A program made the position numbers and the translations under genes. A DNA stretch of 45,579 bases from assembly GCA_041496385.1 (NCBI GenBank), contig JBGQEL010000025.1, forward strand, positions 1 through 45,579, in the 5' to 3' direction. Under the pieces are notes generated by a model. The model saw nothing but the letters and a program-made list of their open reading frames with translations, made no database searches and was not told the origin of the DNA. Numbering within the stretch: the stretch's first letter is position 1; each line of letters begins with the position of its first letter. Positions 17,359-27,589 of this stretch are shown here, piece after piece. The stretch comes from Candidatus Methylomirabilia bacterium. GTDB taxonomy: Bacteria > Methylomirabilota > Methylomirabilia > Rokubacteriales > CSP1-6.

Positions 17359-20300
17359 ATGACCTGTCCGAGCTGTGCGCAGGACAATCCAGCGGACGCC
17401 CGCTTCTGCGGCGGCTGCGGCGGGCGGCTCGAGGCGGTGTGCGCCGCCTGCCGGGCACCGAATCCACCGGGCAATCGCTTCTGCAACCAGTGCGGTGGCG
17501 CGCTCGCACCGGGTGCGGCCGCCGACCAGTTCGCCTCGCCGCGCGCCTACACGCCCAAGCACCTGGCCGACAAGATCCTCACGACCGGGAGCGCGCTCAA
17601 GGGCGAGCGCAAGCAAGTGACCGTGCTGTTCGTGGACGTCTCGGGATTCACCTCGCTGTCCGAGCGTCTCGACCCCGAGGAGGTCCACCGGCTCATGAGC
17701 CGGGCCTTCGACCTCATGCTGGCCGAGGTGCACCGCTACGAGGGCACGGTCAACCAGTTCCTGGGCGACGGCATCATGGCGCTCTTCGGCGCGCCCATCG
17801 CTCACGAGGACCACGCGCGCCGCGCCGTGCATGCCGCGCTCGGGATCGCCCGCACCCTCGAGGACTACCAGCGGGAGCTGGCGCCCCGCGGCATCGCCTT
17901 CCGCGCCCGGCAGGGTCTCAACACGGGCCCCGTCGTCGTTGGCAGCATCGGCAGTGATCTGCGCATGGACTACACCGCGGTGGGCGACACGACGAACGTG
18001 GCGGCGCGCCTCCAGCAGGCGGGCGAGCCGGGGCGCGTGACGATCTCGGAGGCCACCCACCGGCTCGTCCGCGGGTACTTCGACGCGCGCCCGCTCGGCG
18101 AGATCCCGCTGAAGGGCAAGGCCGCGGCCGTCGCCGCGTGGGAGGTCACGGCCGCGCACGAGGCCCGCACGCGCCTGGAGGTGGAGAGCGACCAGGGACT
18201 GACGCCGTTCGTGGGGCGCGAGCGCGAGCTCGGCCTGCTGGTCGAGGCGTTCGCGCGGGCGCGATCCGGCCAGGGTCAGGTGGCGCTCGTCGTCGGCGAC
18301 GCCGGGATCGGCAAGTCGCGTCTGCTGCTCGAGCTGCGCCGGCGAATCGGCGAGGACGCCGACTGGCTGGAGGGTCACTGCCTGTCCTTCGGCCGCGCCA
18401 TGGCCTTTCACCCGCTGGTGGACCTGGTCCGCCGTCAGTTCGCCGTCGAGGAGACCGACGGCGAGGCGGTCATCGCCGCGAAGCTCGCGCGCGGGGCGGC
18501 GGAGGTCGGCGAGGACCTCGTCGCGATCGTGCCGTATCTGCGCGTGCTGCTGTCCATCGACCCGGGCGACGCCGACGTCAAGGCCATGAGTCCCGGGCAG
18601 CGGCGCGGCGAGACGTTCGAGGCCCTGCGGCGTCTGCTCGGGCGGGCGGCCGAGCGCCGGCCCCAGGTCCTCGTAATCGAAGATCTGCACTGGATCGACA
18701 GCACCAGCGAGCAGTTCCTGGCCTCGCTCGTGGACAGCGTTCCCGCGCTCCGGGTCCTGCTCGTCTTCACCTACCGCGCGGGCTATACGAACCCCTTCGG
18801 GGAACGCAGCTACGTCACCCGCGTCGTGCCGGCCGCGTTGTCCGCCGAGGACAGCGCCCGCATGGCCCTGGCCGTCCTCGCCACCGACGGCCTGCCGGAC
18901 GAGCTGCGCTCGCTCCTCGGCCGTAAGGCGGAGGGCAACCCGTTCTACGTCGAGGAGCTCGTCAAGTCGTTGGAGGAGAGCGGAGCGCTCCGGCGCGTGG
19001 GTACGCGCTACGAGCTGGCTCGTTCCGTGACCGAGCTGGCCGTCCCCGGCACCATCCAGGACGTGATCGCCGCGCGGATCGACCGTCTCCAGGAGGCGCC
19101 CAAGCGCACGCTGCAGCTGGCCGCGGTGATCGGGCGCGAGTTCACGCGCCGCCTCGTGGATCGCCTGGACGAGATCCGGGAGCGGACCGACGACTTCCTG
19201 CGCGAGCTGACGGCGCTCGAGCTGATCCACGAGCGGCACCTCTTCCCCGAGCTGGCCTACATGTTCAAGCACGCCCTCACCCAGGACGTCGCCTACGCCT
19301 CGCTCCTCGTGCAGCGGCGCAAAGAGCTGCACCGCCTCGTCGGGCTTGCGATCGAGGAGCTGTACGCGGAGCGGTTGCCCGAGCACTACGAGATGCTGGC
19401 CCACCACTTCTCGCGCGCAGAGGACTGGCCGAAGGCGCTCGAGTACCTGCTCAAGGCCGCGGACAAGGCCACCAGCGCGTTCGGCCTGCGCCAGGCCCTC
19501 GAGCTTCTCGGGGAAGCGCTGGAGGTCGCCGGCCGGCTCGGCGAGCACATCCCGGTGGCGACGGTGATGGCCATTCACCGGGCGCGGGCCGATCTCTTCT
19601 TCGGCATCGGCGAGTTCGTCCACTCGCGGGAAGCCGCGGAGGCGCTCGTGGAGGTGACCCGGCGCGTCCACGATCGCCCGGCGGAGGCCGGCGGCCTGGT
19701 CCAGCTCGCCTCGGCGTTGCAGTGGGCGGAAGATTTCCCCGGCGCCCTGCAGCACGCGCAGGAGGCGATCGAGATCGCCGAGAGCGTCGGTGCGCAGGCG
19801 CCGCTGGCCGGAGGCCTGTACGTCCGGGGCTACGTCCGCGGCGTCAGCGGGCGGCTCGACGAGGCGGACGAGGACGTCGGACGCGCCCTCGGCATCGGGC
19901 GGGCGGTGGGCGACGTGGCCCGCCAGGGGATGGCGCTCTACCTCCTCGCCCTGGGACGGACCTGGCGGGGACGGTACGCGGAAGGCCTCGAGCTCGGCCG
20001 CGAGGGATCGAGCCTCGGACGAGAGCACCGGCTCGTGGTCCCGCTGCTCCGGTGCATCTGGAACCAGGCGCTCGCCTGGAGCGAGATGGGCAGCTACGAC
20101 GCCGCGCTCGCCGCGCTGACCGAGGGTCTCAGTCTGGCGGAGAAGGTCGGCGACGATGCGTTCATTCCCCGCTACCTGAACACCCTCGGCTGGCTGAGCA
20201 TCGACTGCGGCGACTTCGGCCGGGGCGTCGATCTCTCCGAGCGCGCCTACGAGATCACCAATCGCTCCGCCCGCGGCGGCCACGGCACCGGCGCCGAGCG

Positions 20301-20865
20301 CCGCGCGTTCATCCGCCTCAACGAGGCGGACGCCTTCATGGCCCAGCGAGACTTCTCGAGCGCCGCGGAGGCCCTGGCGGAAGCCCACCACACCGTCCAG
20401 CATCCGCCCCCGTCACGCTGGATGACCTGGCGCTACGCGACGCACTGCTACGCGAGCCAGGGACAGCTCGCCCTCCTGCGCGGCGACATCGAGCTGGCGC
20501 GCCGCATGGCCGAACAGAGCCTCGAGATCGCCACGCCCACGCACTCACGCAAGTACGAGAGCTGGGCGTGGCGGCTCAAGGGAGAGAGCGCGACGGCGCG
20601 GCGCGCCTGGGGCGAGGCCGAGGGGGCCCTGCGACACGCGCTCGCCGTCGCCGAGGCCATCGGCCAGCCGCGCCAGACCTGGTTCAGCCATGCCGCGCTC
20701 GGACGCCTGTATACGGCGCTCGGCCGGCGCGAGGACGCGCTCGGCTGCTACCGCGCGGCGCAGAACATCATCGCCGACCTGCGCGCGCGCACCCAGGATC
20801 CCGCCCTGCGAGCCGGGCTCGAGTCCTCGCCCCTCATGCGCGAGGTCGAGGAGCTCGCTCCATAG
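17359..20865 (+). CDS. Class III adenylate/guanylate cyclase with double zinc ribbon, STAND/AAA ATPase and TPR region
   Basis: Four CxxC pairs; VLFVDVSGFT, FLGDG, GDTTNVAARL; GDAGIGKS; LVIEDLHWID; EGNPFY; helical repeats. Confidence 0.92.
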   Translation: MTCPSCAQDNPADARFCGGCGGRLEAVCAACRAPNPPGNRFCNQCGGALAPGAAADQFASPRAYTPKHLADKILTTGSALKGERKQVTVLFVDVSGFTSLSERLDPEEVHRLMSRAFDLMLAEVHRYEGTVNQFLGDGIMALFGAPIAHEDHARRAVHAALGIARTLEDYQRELAPRGIAFRARQGLNTGPVVVGSIGSDLRMDYTAVGDTTNVAARLQQAGEPGRVTISEATHRLVRGYFDARPLGEIPLKGKAAAVAAWEVTAAHEARTRLEVESDQGLTPFVGRERELGLLVEAFARARSGQGQVALVVGDAGIGKSRLLLELRRRIGEDADWLEGHCLSFGRAMAFHPLVDLVRRQFAVEETDGEAVIAAKLARGAAEVGEDLVAIVPYLRVLLSIDPGDADVKAMSPGQRRGETFEALRRLLGRAAERRPQVLVIEDLHWIDSTSEQFLASLVDSVPALRVLLVFTYRAGYTNPFGERSYVTRVVPAALSAEDSARMALAVLATDGLPDELRSLLGRKAEGNPFYVEELVKSLEESGALRRVGTRYELARSVTELAVPGTIQDVIAARIDRLQEAPKRTLQLAAVIGREFTRRLVDRLDEIRERTDDFLRELTALELIHERHLFPELAYMFKHALTQDVAYASLLVQRRKELHRLVGLAIEELYAERLPEHYEMLAHHFSRAEDWPKALEYLLKAADKATSAFGLRQALELLGEALEVAGRLGEHIPVATVMAIHRARADLFFGIGEFVHSREAAEALVEVTRRVHDRPAEAGGLVQLASALQWAEDFPGALQHAQEAIEIAESVGAQAPLAGGLYVRGYVRGVSGRLDEADEDVGRALGIGRAVGDVARQGMALYLLALGRTWRGRYAEGLELGREGSSLGREHRLVVPLLRCIWNQALAWSEMGSYDAALAALTEGLSLAEKVGDDAFIPRYLNTLGWLSIDCGDFGRGVDLSERAYEITNRSARGGHGTGAERRAFIRLNEADAFMAQRDFSSAAEALAEAHHTVQHPPPSRWMTWRYATHCYASQGQLALLRGDIELARRMAEQSLEIATPTHSRKYESWAWRLKGESATARRAWGEAEGALRHALAVAEAIGQPRQTWFSHAALGRLYTALGRREDALGCYRAAQNIIADLRARTQDPALRAGLESSPLMREVEELAP

Positions 20866-23238
20866 ATGTCCGCGCGCGCGGCGTCGTTCCTCGACTCACG
20901 CACCCGCTCAGCGCCCCAGGGCTTCGGTCGGCCGGTGCCGCGCAAGGAGGACGCGCGCCTGGTGACCGGCTCCGGCTGCTACACCGACGACGTCAATGTG
21001 CCGGGCCAGGCCCATGCGAGCCTGGTGCGCTCGCCGCACGCCCACGCGCGCATCCGGCTCATCGATGGCGGCGCTGCGCAGAAGGTGGCGGGCGTGATCG
21101 CAATCCTCACCGGCGCCGACGCCAGCGCCGACGGCCTGCAGCCGATTCCGCACCGGCCGGTGCCGACGAACCCGCACGAGGTCCCGCTCAAGAGCGCCGA
21201 CGGCGCGCCGTTCTTCGTCGCGCCCCATCCGCCGCTGCCTATCGATCGCGCGAGATTCGTGGGTGAGGCCATCGCGATGGTCGTCGCCGAGACCCCCGCG
21301 GCCGCGCGCGATGGTGCCGAGGCCGTGCGCGTGGACTGGGAACCGCTCGCCGCCGTGGTCACGGCTGCCGACGCGACGACGCCCGGTGCGGTGCTCCTCT
21401 GGGACGAGGCCGGCACCAACGTTTGCGTCGAGTCCCACGCAGGCGACGCGGCCGCCGTCGACGACGCCTTCCGGCAGGCGGCACACGTCGTGAGACTGCA
21501 GACGCGGGTGAACCGGGTCACCGGCGTGCCGCTGGAGCCGCGCGCCGTGCTCGCCACCTACGACGAGGTCAGCCGCCGCTACACGATCTACGCCGGCTCC
21601 GGGGGCTCATGGCGCATCCAGGGCGACGTGGCCGGCGTCCTCGGCGTGCCGCCCACTGCCGTCCGCGTCGTCGCGCGCGACGTCGGCGGCAACTACGGCA
21701 CGCGCAACTCCTGCTATCCGGAGTTCCCCTTGGTCGCGTGGGCGGCCAGGCGACTGCGCCGGCCCGTGAAGTGGACGTGCGACCGGCGCGAGGCGCTGCT
21801 CACCGACTACCAGGCCCGCGACCTCGTCTGCCACGCCGAGCTGGCGCTCGACGCCGACGGCCGGTTTCTCGCGCTGCGGGCGACCAACACCAGCAACGTC
21901 GGCGCCCACGCGGTCTCCTTCATCCCGCTCGCCAAGGGCATCGCCGTGCTGCCGAGCGTCTACCACATCCCGGCGGCGTCGATTCGCGGGCGCGCCGTGC
22001 TGACGACCACCTCGCCGACGACCCCGTACCGCGCGGCCGGGCGCCCCGAGGTGATCTTCGTCATCGAGCGCCTGATCGACCTGGCCGCCCGCCGCCACGG
22101 CTTCGATCGCGTCGCGCTCCGCCGCCGCAACCTCGTGCCGGCCACCGCGATGCCGTATCGCAACCCGCTCGGCCTCGTCTACGACAGCGGCGACTACGCG
22201 GCGGCCCAGGACCGGGCGGTGGCGCTGGCCGACTGGGCGGGGTTCGAGGCGCGCCGCGCCGAGGCCCGGCGGCACGGCCGTTATCGCGGCATCGGCCTGG
22301 CCAACTACGTCGAGCTCAACACCGGCATGCCGCGCGAGCGCGCCCAGATCACGGTCCAGCCCGAGGGGCGCATCGATGTGGTGCTCGGCACGCTCTCCGC
22401 GGGCCAGGGCCACGAGACGAGCTTCGCGCAGCTCATCGTCGAGTGGCTCGGCGTCGACCTCGGGCAGGTGCGTCTGATCACCGGCGACACCGACCTCATG
22501 CCGGCCGGCGGCGGCTCGCACTCCGGCCGCTCGATGCGGCTCGGCGCGGTCGTGATGGCCAAGGCGTCCGACGCGATCGTCGACAGGGGCGCGCGGATCG
22601 CCGCGTGGCTGCTGGAGGCGGCGGCGGCCGACATCGACTTCGCCGGGCGGTGTTTCAGAGTGAAGGGCACCGATCGCTCGGTCGATCTGTTCGAGGTCGC
22701 CGCGGCCGCTCTTCGCCCGGACGCGCCCGACACGCTCCGCGGCCCGCTGGCGGGGGTGAGCGACGAGACCATGAGCGTGCCGTCCTATCCCTACGGCTCT
22801 GCGGTGTGCGAGGTCGAGGTGGACCCGGAGACCGGCGTAGTGGAGATCGTGCGCCACACCACGGTCGACGACGTGGGCCGCGCGGTGAACCCGCTGATCC
22901 TGCACGGTCAGGCGCACGGCGGGATCGCGGCCGGCGTGGGCCAGGCGCTGTGGGAGCTCTGCCCCTACGACGCCGACGGTCAGATGGGCGCGGCGACGTT
23001 CATGGACTACGTCATCCCGCGCGCCGACGCGCTGCCCTCGTTCACGACGGAGCTCAGCGAGGTGCCTTCCACGTCGAACCCGATCGGGCTGCGCGGCGGC
23101 GGCGAGGGCGGCACGACGCCCGCGCTCGGCGCCGTCGTCAACGCCATCGTCGACGCGCTGGCCGAGCTGGGCGTCGAGCACATCGAGATGCCGGCCACGC
23201 CGGAGCGCGTCTGGCGCGCCCTGCACGCCCGGGCGTAG
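20866..23238 (+). CDS. Xanthine dehydrogenase / CoxL-like molybdopterin-binding large subunit
   Basis: RKEDARLVTG, RSPHAHA, DVGGNYG, PYRAAGRPE, GQGHET, GQAHGG, GGGEGG. Confidence 0.9.
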   Translation: MSARAASFLDSRTRSAPQGFGRPVPRKEDARLVTGSGCYTDDVNVPGQAHASLVRSPHAHARIRLIDGGAAQKVAGVIAILTGADASADGLQPIPHRPVPTNPHEVPLKSADGAPFFVAPHPPLPIDRARFVGEAIAMVVAETPAAARDGAEAVRVDWEPLAAVVTAADATTPGAVLLWDEAGTNVCVESHAGDAAAVDDAFRQAAHVVRLQTRVNRVTGVPLEPRAVLATYDEVSRRYTIYAGSGGSWRIQGDVAGVLGVPPTAVRVVARDVGGNYGTRNSCYPEFPLVAWAARRLRRPVKWTCDRREALLTDYQARDLVCHAELALDADGRFLALRATNTSNVGAHAVSFIPLAKGIAVLPSVYHIPAASIRGRAVLTTTSPTTPYRAAGRPEVIFVIERLIDLAARRHGFDRVALRRRNLVPATAMPYRNPLGLVYDSGDYAAAQDRAVALADWAGFEARRAEARRHGRYRGIGLANYVELNTGMPRERAQITVQPEGRIDVVLGTLSAGQGHETSFAQLIVEWLGVDLGQVRLITGDTDLMPAGGGSHSGRSMRLGAVVMAKASDAIVDRGARIAAWLLEAAAADIDFAGRCFRVKGTDRSVDLFEVAAAALRPDAPDTLRGPLAGVSDETMSVPSYPYGSAVCEVEVDPETGVVEIVRHTTVDDVGRAVNPLILHGQAHGGIAAGVGQALWELCPYDADGQMGAATFMDYVIPRADALPSFTTELSEVPSTSNPIGLRGGGEGGTTPALGAVVNAIVDALAELGVEHIEMPATPERVWRALHARA

Positions 23239-23261
23239 AATCCGCCCAGAAGGAGGACGTC

Positions 23262-24428
23262 ATGCCAACCCTCAAGAACGTCGACACCCTCTTCAGCAAG
23301 GCCGTCGAGTCGAAGGCGATGCCGGGTATCGTCGCCCTGGCCGCCACCGACAAGGGCACGGTCTACGAAGGTGCCTTCGGCACGCGCGAGATCGGCAAGA
23401 ACGCGCCGATGGCCCTCGACACCGTCGTGTGGATCGCGTCGATGACGAAGGCCATCACCGCCACGGCCGTCATGCAGCTCGTCGAGAAGGGCAAGCTCGG
23501 CCTCGATCGGCCCGCGACCGACGTGGTCCCCGGGCTGGCCGCGGCCAAGGTGCTCGACGGCTTCGACTGCGCCGGCCAGCCGCGCCTGCGCGCGCCCAAG
23601 CGGCCGATCACGCTCAAGCACCTCCTCACCCACACCGCCGGCTACGCGTACGAGATCTGGCAGCCGGACATCGCCCGCTACCAGCAAGTCACCAACACGC
23701 CGGGGATCACGACCTGCATGAACGCGGCGCTGACGACGCCGCTGCTCTTCGATCCGGGCGACCGGTGGGAGTACGGCATCAGCATCGACTGGGCCGGCAA
23801 GATGGTCGAAGCGGCCTCCGGTCAAAAGCTCGACGCCTACTTCCAGCAGAACATCTTCGGCCCGCTCGGCATGACCGACACGTCGTTCAAGATCTCGGCC
23901 TCGCAGCGCGCGCGGCTCTCGGCCGTGCACCAGCGGGACGACAAGGGCGTGCTGGCGCCGATCGAGTTCGGGCTGCCCGAGAATCCCGAGTTCCTGATGG
24001 GCGGCGGCGGACTCTACGGCACCGCGCGTGACTACATGGCCTTCGCGCAGATGATCATGCGGGGCGGCAGCGCCAAGGGGGCGCAGGTGCTGCGCCGCGA
24101 GACCGTCGACCTCATGTCGCAGAACCACATCGGCCCGCTCGAGATCGGCCCCATGAAGACCGCGATCCCGCCGCTGTCCAACGACGTCGAGCTGTTCCCC
24201 GGCATGTCCAAGAAGTGGGGTCTGAGCTTCCTGATCAACACGCAGCCGGTGCCGGCCGGCCGCTCGGCCGGCAGCCTGGCCTGGGCCGGGCTCGCGAACA
24301 CCTACTTCTGGATCGACCGCGCCAAGCAGGTGTGCGGTGTCTTCCTCTCGCAGGTCCTGCCGTTCTACGACCACACGGCGATCGATCTGCTCGGAACGTT
24401 CGAGACCGAGGTGTACCGGGCGCTCTGA
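23262..24428 (+). CDS. Serine hydrolase, beta-lactamase family (family VIII esterase-like)
   Basis: AGGAGG RBS; SMTK (SxxK), LLTHTAG, WEYG, GGGGLY, WAGLANT. Confidence 0.9.
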   Translation: MPTLKNVDTLFSKAVESKAMPGIVALAATDKGTVYEGAFGTREIGKNAPMALDTVVWIASMTKAITATAVMQLVEKGKLGLDRPATDVVPGLAAAKVLDGFDCAGQPRLRAPKRPITLKHLLTHTAGYAYEIWQPDIARYQQVTNTPGITTCMNAALTTPLLFDPGDRWEYGISIDWAGKMVEAASGQKLDAYFQQNIFGPLGMTDTSFKISASQRARLSAVHQRDDKGVLAPIEFGLPENPEFLMGGGGLYGTARDYMAFAQMIMRGGSAKGAQVLRRETVDLMSQNHIGPLEIGPMKTAIPPLSNDVELFPGMSKKWGLSFLINTQPVPAGRSAGSLAWAGLANTYFWIDRAKQVCGVFLSQVLPFYDHTAIDLLGTFETEVYRAL

Positions 24429-24437
24429 TCCCCGCCG

Positions 24438-25514
24438 TCAGGGCTTGACGAGAATCTTGGCATGGCGCTCGGGTGAGCCGAGCGCCACGAACGCCTCGGG
24501 CACGCCGTCGATCCCGACGGTGCCGGTGACGAGCGGCGCCGTCGGGATCGCGCCCTCGGCGATGTGGTGGAGCGTGGCGACGAACTCCTCCGGCGTGTAG
24601 CCCAGCACGAACTGCAGATTCAGCTCCTTGCCGATACCGAACAGCGGGTGGATCGTGTCCGCCTCCATGCAGACTCCCACCACGACGATGCGCGTGCCGC
24701 GCGGCGCGGCGGCCATCAGCTGATCGAGGACGCCGGGGACGCCCACGCACTCGAAGACGACCGCCGGGCGCACCGCCGGGCCGGCGATCCACGGCGGAAG
24801 CCGCGGCGCCCGGCTCGGGTCGCGATAGACCGCGGCCTCGCGCCAGCTCTGCCAGGGCGTCGTCCGCGCGGGATCCACGATCACGTCGGCGCCGAGCGCC
24901 AGGGCGAGCTCGCGGCGCCGGGGCGAGAAGTCGGCGGCCACGATCGGGCGCACGTCGCGCAGGCGCAGCGCGGCGATCACCGCCAGTCCGACGGGGCCGC
25001 AGCCGATGACGAGTGGCGCGTCGTCGGGCTCGAGGCGCGCCCTGGCGACGGCGTGCACGCCGACGGCCATCGGCTCCGTGAGCGCGGCGTGCTCGGTCTG
25101 AAGGCCGTTCGGGACCGGCAGCAGCAGCGCCTCGCTGAGGCGCATGTACTCGCCGTAGCCGCCGGGGTTGTCGTTCGAGTACCCGATGTTCTGAGGCCCC
25201 GTGGCGCGCAGCAGCGTGGGGCGCGAGCACACGCGCGTGCCACGCTTCAGCGCCCGGGTCGTGTCCGGCCCGTGCTCGACGATCTCGGCGCAGAACTCGT
25301 GGCCCATGACGACGTCGCGGTCGAGGTCCATCACGAACGGGTTGCCGGCCCGGCGCGAGGTCTCGACGAACGCGTCGGCGTGCTTGAGCGCGTGCAGGTC
25401 CGAACCGCAGATCCCGCAGGCGAGCGTCCGCACGAGGACCTCGCCCGGGCCCGGCTCCGGCGCGGCGACCTCGGCGACCACGAGCGCGCGGTTGCGCATG
25501 ACGGCGGCGCGCAT
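24438..25514 (-). CDS. Zinc-binding (MDR) dehydrogenase
   Basis: CGICGSDLH, GHE, GCGPVG; lacks the four-Cys structural Zn loop. Confidence 0.88.
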   Translation of the reverse strand: MRAAVMRNRALVVAEVAAPEPGPGEVLVRTLACGICGSDLHALKHADAFVETSRRAGNPFVMDLDRDVVMGHEFCAEIVEHGPDTTRALKRGTRVCSRPTLLRATGPQNIGYSNDNPGGYGEYMRLSEALLLPVPNGLQTEHAALTEPMAVGVHAVARARLEPDDAPLVIGCGPVGLAVIAALRLRDVRPIVAADFSPRRRELALALGADVIVDPARTTPWQSWREAAVYRDPSRAPRLPPWIAGPAVRPAVVFECVGVPGVLDQLMAAAPRGTRIVVVGVCMEADTIHPLFGIGKELNLQFVLGYTPEEFVATLHHIAEGAIPTAPLVTGTVGIDGVPEAFVALGSPERHAKILVKP

Positions 25515-25525
25515 CGGATTCCCGT

Positions 25526-26200
25526 TCAGCGTCCCGGCTGGAACGTCTTGACGTAGACGCCGGGCGAGCCCGCCGCGTGCCGCATGTGCTCCCGCATGCG
25601 GGTGGACGCGGCGACGGCGTCGCGCTGGGCGAGCCACGCCGCGCCCTCCGAAACCTTGGGGTGTTCGAACTCGTAGAACGTCAAATAGGTCGGCGAGCCG
25701 GCGACCGCACGATAGCGCCGGCCGCGGATCACGCCCGGGACCTTCTCGTAGTTCGGCACGTAGATCGTGTTGTACCAGTCGTTCCACTCGCCATCGACCT
25801 CGGCCGGCACCGCCATGCGTCCGAGCTGCAGCGCCGGCGCCATGTCGCTGGCGGCCGCGGCCGGGCTGAGCGCGCCCGGATGGATCAGGGTGTACACGTT
25901 GCGGATGTACGTCGTGCCGATGGCCTCGGGCGAGCAGCGCTTGGTCCACGGCGTCGGGTTGGCCTGCACCTTCTTGTAGGCCGGGCTCTCGAGCACGGCG
26001 GCGCTCTCCAGCTCGTAGACGGCGAGATGCCGGGGCCCGCCCTTCACCGCCTCGTAGCGGGCGCCGTTCAGGAATCCGGGCACGGCGAGCCGCTCCTGCA
26101 GATGCTCCTCGTTGTACCAGCGGGTGAAGTCCGCTTCCTTGTCCGCCGGGACATCGGCCCAGACCATCAGCAACCCCGTGCCCTTCTTGTCCGTCGTCAT
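25526..26200 (-). CDS. Tandem DUF4286/EthD-like dimeric alpha-beta barrel protein
   Basis: AAGGAG RBS; two repeats of WYN....VPG...RY...YE. Confidence 0.7.
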   Translation of the reverse strand: MTTDKKGTGLLMVWADVPADKEADFTRWYNEEHLQERLAVPGFLNGARYEAVKGGPRHLAVYELESAAVLESPAYKKVQANPTPWTKRCSPEAIGTTYIRNVYTLIHPGALSPAAAASDMAPALQLGRMAVPAEVDGEWNDWYNTIYVPNYEKVPGVIRGRRYRAVAGSPTYLTFYEFEHPKVSEGAAWLAQRDAVAASTRMREHMRHAAGSPGVYVKTFQPGR

Positions 26201-26350
26201 GTCGCTCTCCTTGTCGTCAGGCTCGCCGCGGCCGGATCCCCCTGGGTCCGGAGGCTGCCGGAACCGCATTATGGATCGGCATCCGTGCGAGTGCTATAGT
26301 CGCTGTCGTTGCGCCGAACCCCTGTGCCTCCCGACGGAAGGAGATCTTCG

Positions 26351-27568
26351 ATGCGGCCTCTCGCGCGCACGCTCACGGTGGTCCTCGCCCTCACCCTCGT
26401 CGCCACGGGGCTCGTCGTGGGGCCCGCGCCCGCGGCCGACGACGTCAAGATCGCGCTCATTGCCCCGCTCTCGGGCCGCTGGGCGCGGCAGGGCCAGCTC
26501 AAGAAGATGGGCGCGGAGATGGCCATCGAGGAGATCAACAGCCAGGGCGGGATCAAGGCGCTCGGCGGCGCCAAGATCGTGCTGCGCGAGGGCGACGCGG
26601 GCGACAGCGTCGAGAAGGCCGTGAGCGCCGCGCAGCGCATTCTGACGCGCGAGAAGATCAGCGCCGGCATCGGCTCCTGGCTCAGCTCGTTCACGCTCGG
26701 CGTGACCGAGGTGGCCGAGCGGCTGCAGGTGCCGTGGCTCACGCTCTCGTACGCCGACAGCATCACCGAGCGCGGCTTCAAGTACACGTTCCAGACCTCG
26801 CCGGTGTCGTCGCTCCAGGCCGAGCAGGCGCTGGACCTCGTGACCGACCTGGCCAAGAAGAACAACCGCCCGATCAAGAAGGCCGGCATCGTGGGTGACA
26901 ACACGGCGGCCACGGTCTTCTTCTTCAAGCCGCTGCGCGAGAAGCTGCTGGCCGCCAAGGGGATCGAGCTGGTGGTGGACGAGGTGTGGACGCCGCCCCT
27001 GGCCGACGCCACGGCCATCGTGCAGAAGCTCCGCGCCACCCAGCCCGACATCATGTTTTACGGCGGCACGAACTTCCCCGACTCGATCCAGGTGCTCCAG
27101 AAGGTCAAGGAGTTCAGCGTGAAGACGCCGATCCAGGGCGTGGGCGCCTGGCTGGTGACGCCGGAGTACGTGAAGACGCTCGGCAAGGAGACGCTCGACA
27201 ACATCCAGACGGTCGTGGCCTCCCACCCGATGAAGGGCCAGGAGGAGCTGGTCAAGAAATTCAAGCAGCGGACGGGCGAGCCGTTCATGACCCAGGACCC
27301 GCTCTGCACCTACGCCCACGTCTGGCTCATCAAGGAAGCGATCGAGCAGGCGAAGTCGGCCGACCCCAAGGCCATCCGCGACGTCCTGGCGAAGATCGAC
27401 ATCTCGTCCGGCCCGGCCGTCAGCGCGTTCTATCCGCCGCGCGTGAAGTTCGACGAGCGCGGCCGGCGCGTGGGCGCCACGCCGCTCATCGTGCAGTGGC
27501 AGGACGGTGAGCCCTTCACGGTGGTCCCGACCGCCGTCGCCACGCGTCCCATCGCCTGGCACAAGTAA
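26351..27568 (+). CDS. HAAT/LivK-type ABC substrate-binding protein
   Basis: AAGGAG RBS, signal peptide, VKIALIAPLSG, INSQGGIKALGG; TGCTATAGT -10-like box at 26292-26300. Confidence 0.9.
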   Translation: MRPLARTLTVVLALTLVATGLVVGPAPAADDVKIALIAPLSGRWARQGQLKKMGAEMAIEEINSQGGIKALGGAKIVLREGDAGDSVEKAVSAAQRILTREKISAGIGSWLSSFTLGVTEVAERLQVPWLTLSYADSITERGFKYTFQTSPVSSLQAEQALDLVTDLAKKNNRPIKKAGIVGDNTAATVFFFKPLREKLLAAKGIELVVDEVWTPPLADATAIVQKLRATQPDIMFYGGTNFPDSIQVLQKVKEFSVKTPIQGVGAWLVTPEYVKTLGKETLDNIQTVVASHPMKGQEELVKKFKQRTGEPFMTQDPLCTYAHVWLIKEAIEQAKSADPKAIRDVLAKIDISSGPAVSAFYPPRVKFDERGRRVGATPLIVQWQDGEPFTVVPTAVATRPIAWHK

Positions 27569-27589
27569 CCGAGGTCGGCGCCCCGGCCG

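Noticed and set aside
20866..23238. Form I aerobic CO dehydrogenase
   Set aside because: Lacks the AYRCSFR motif and coxM/coxS neighbours
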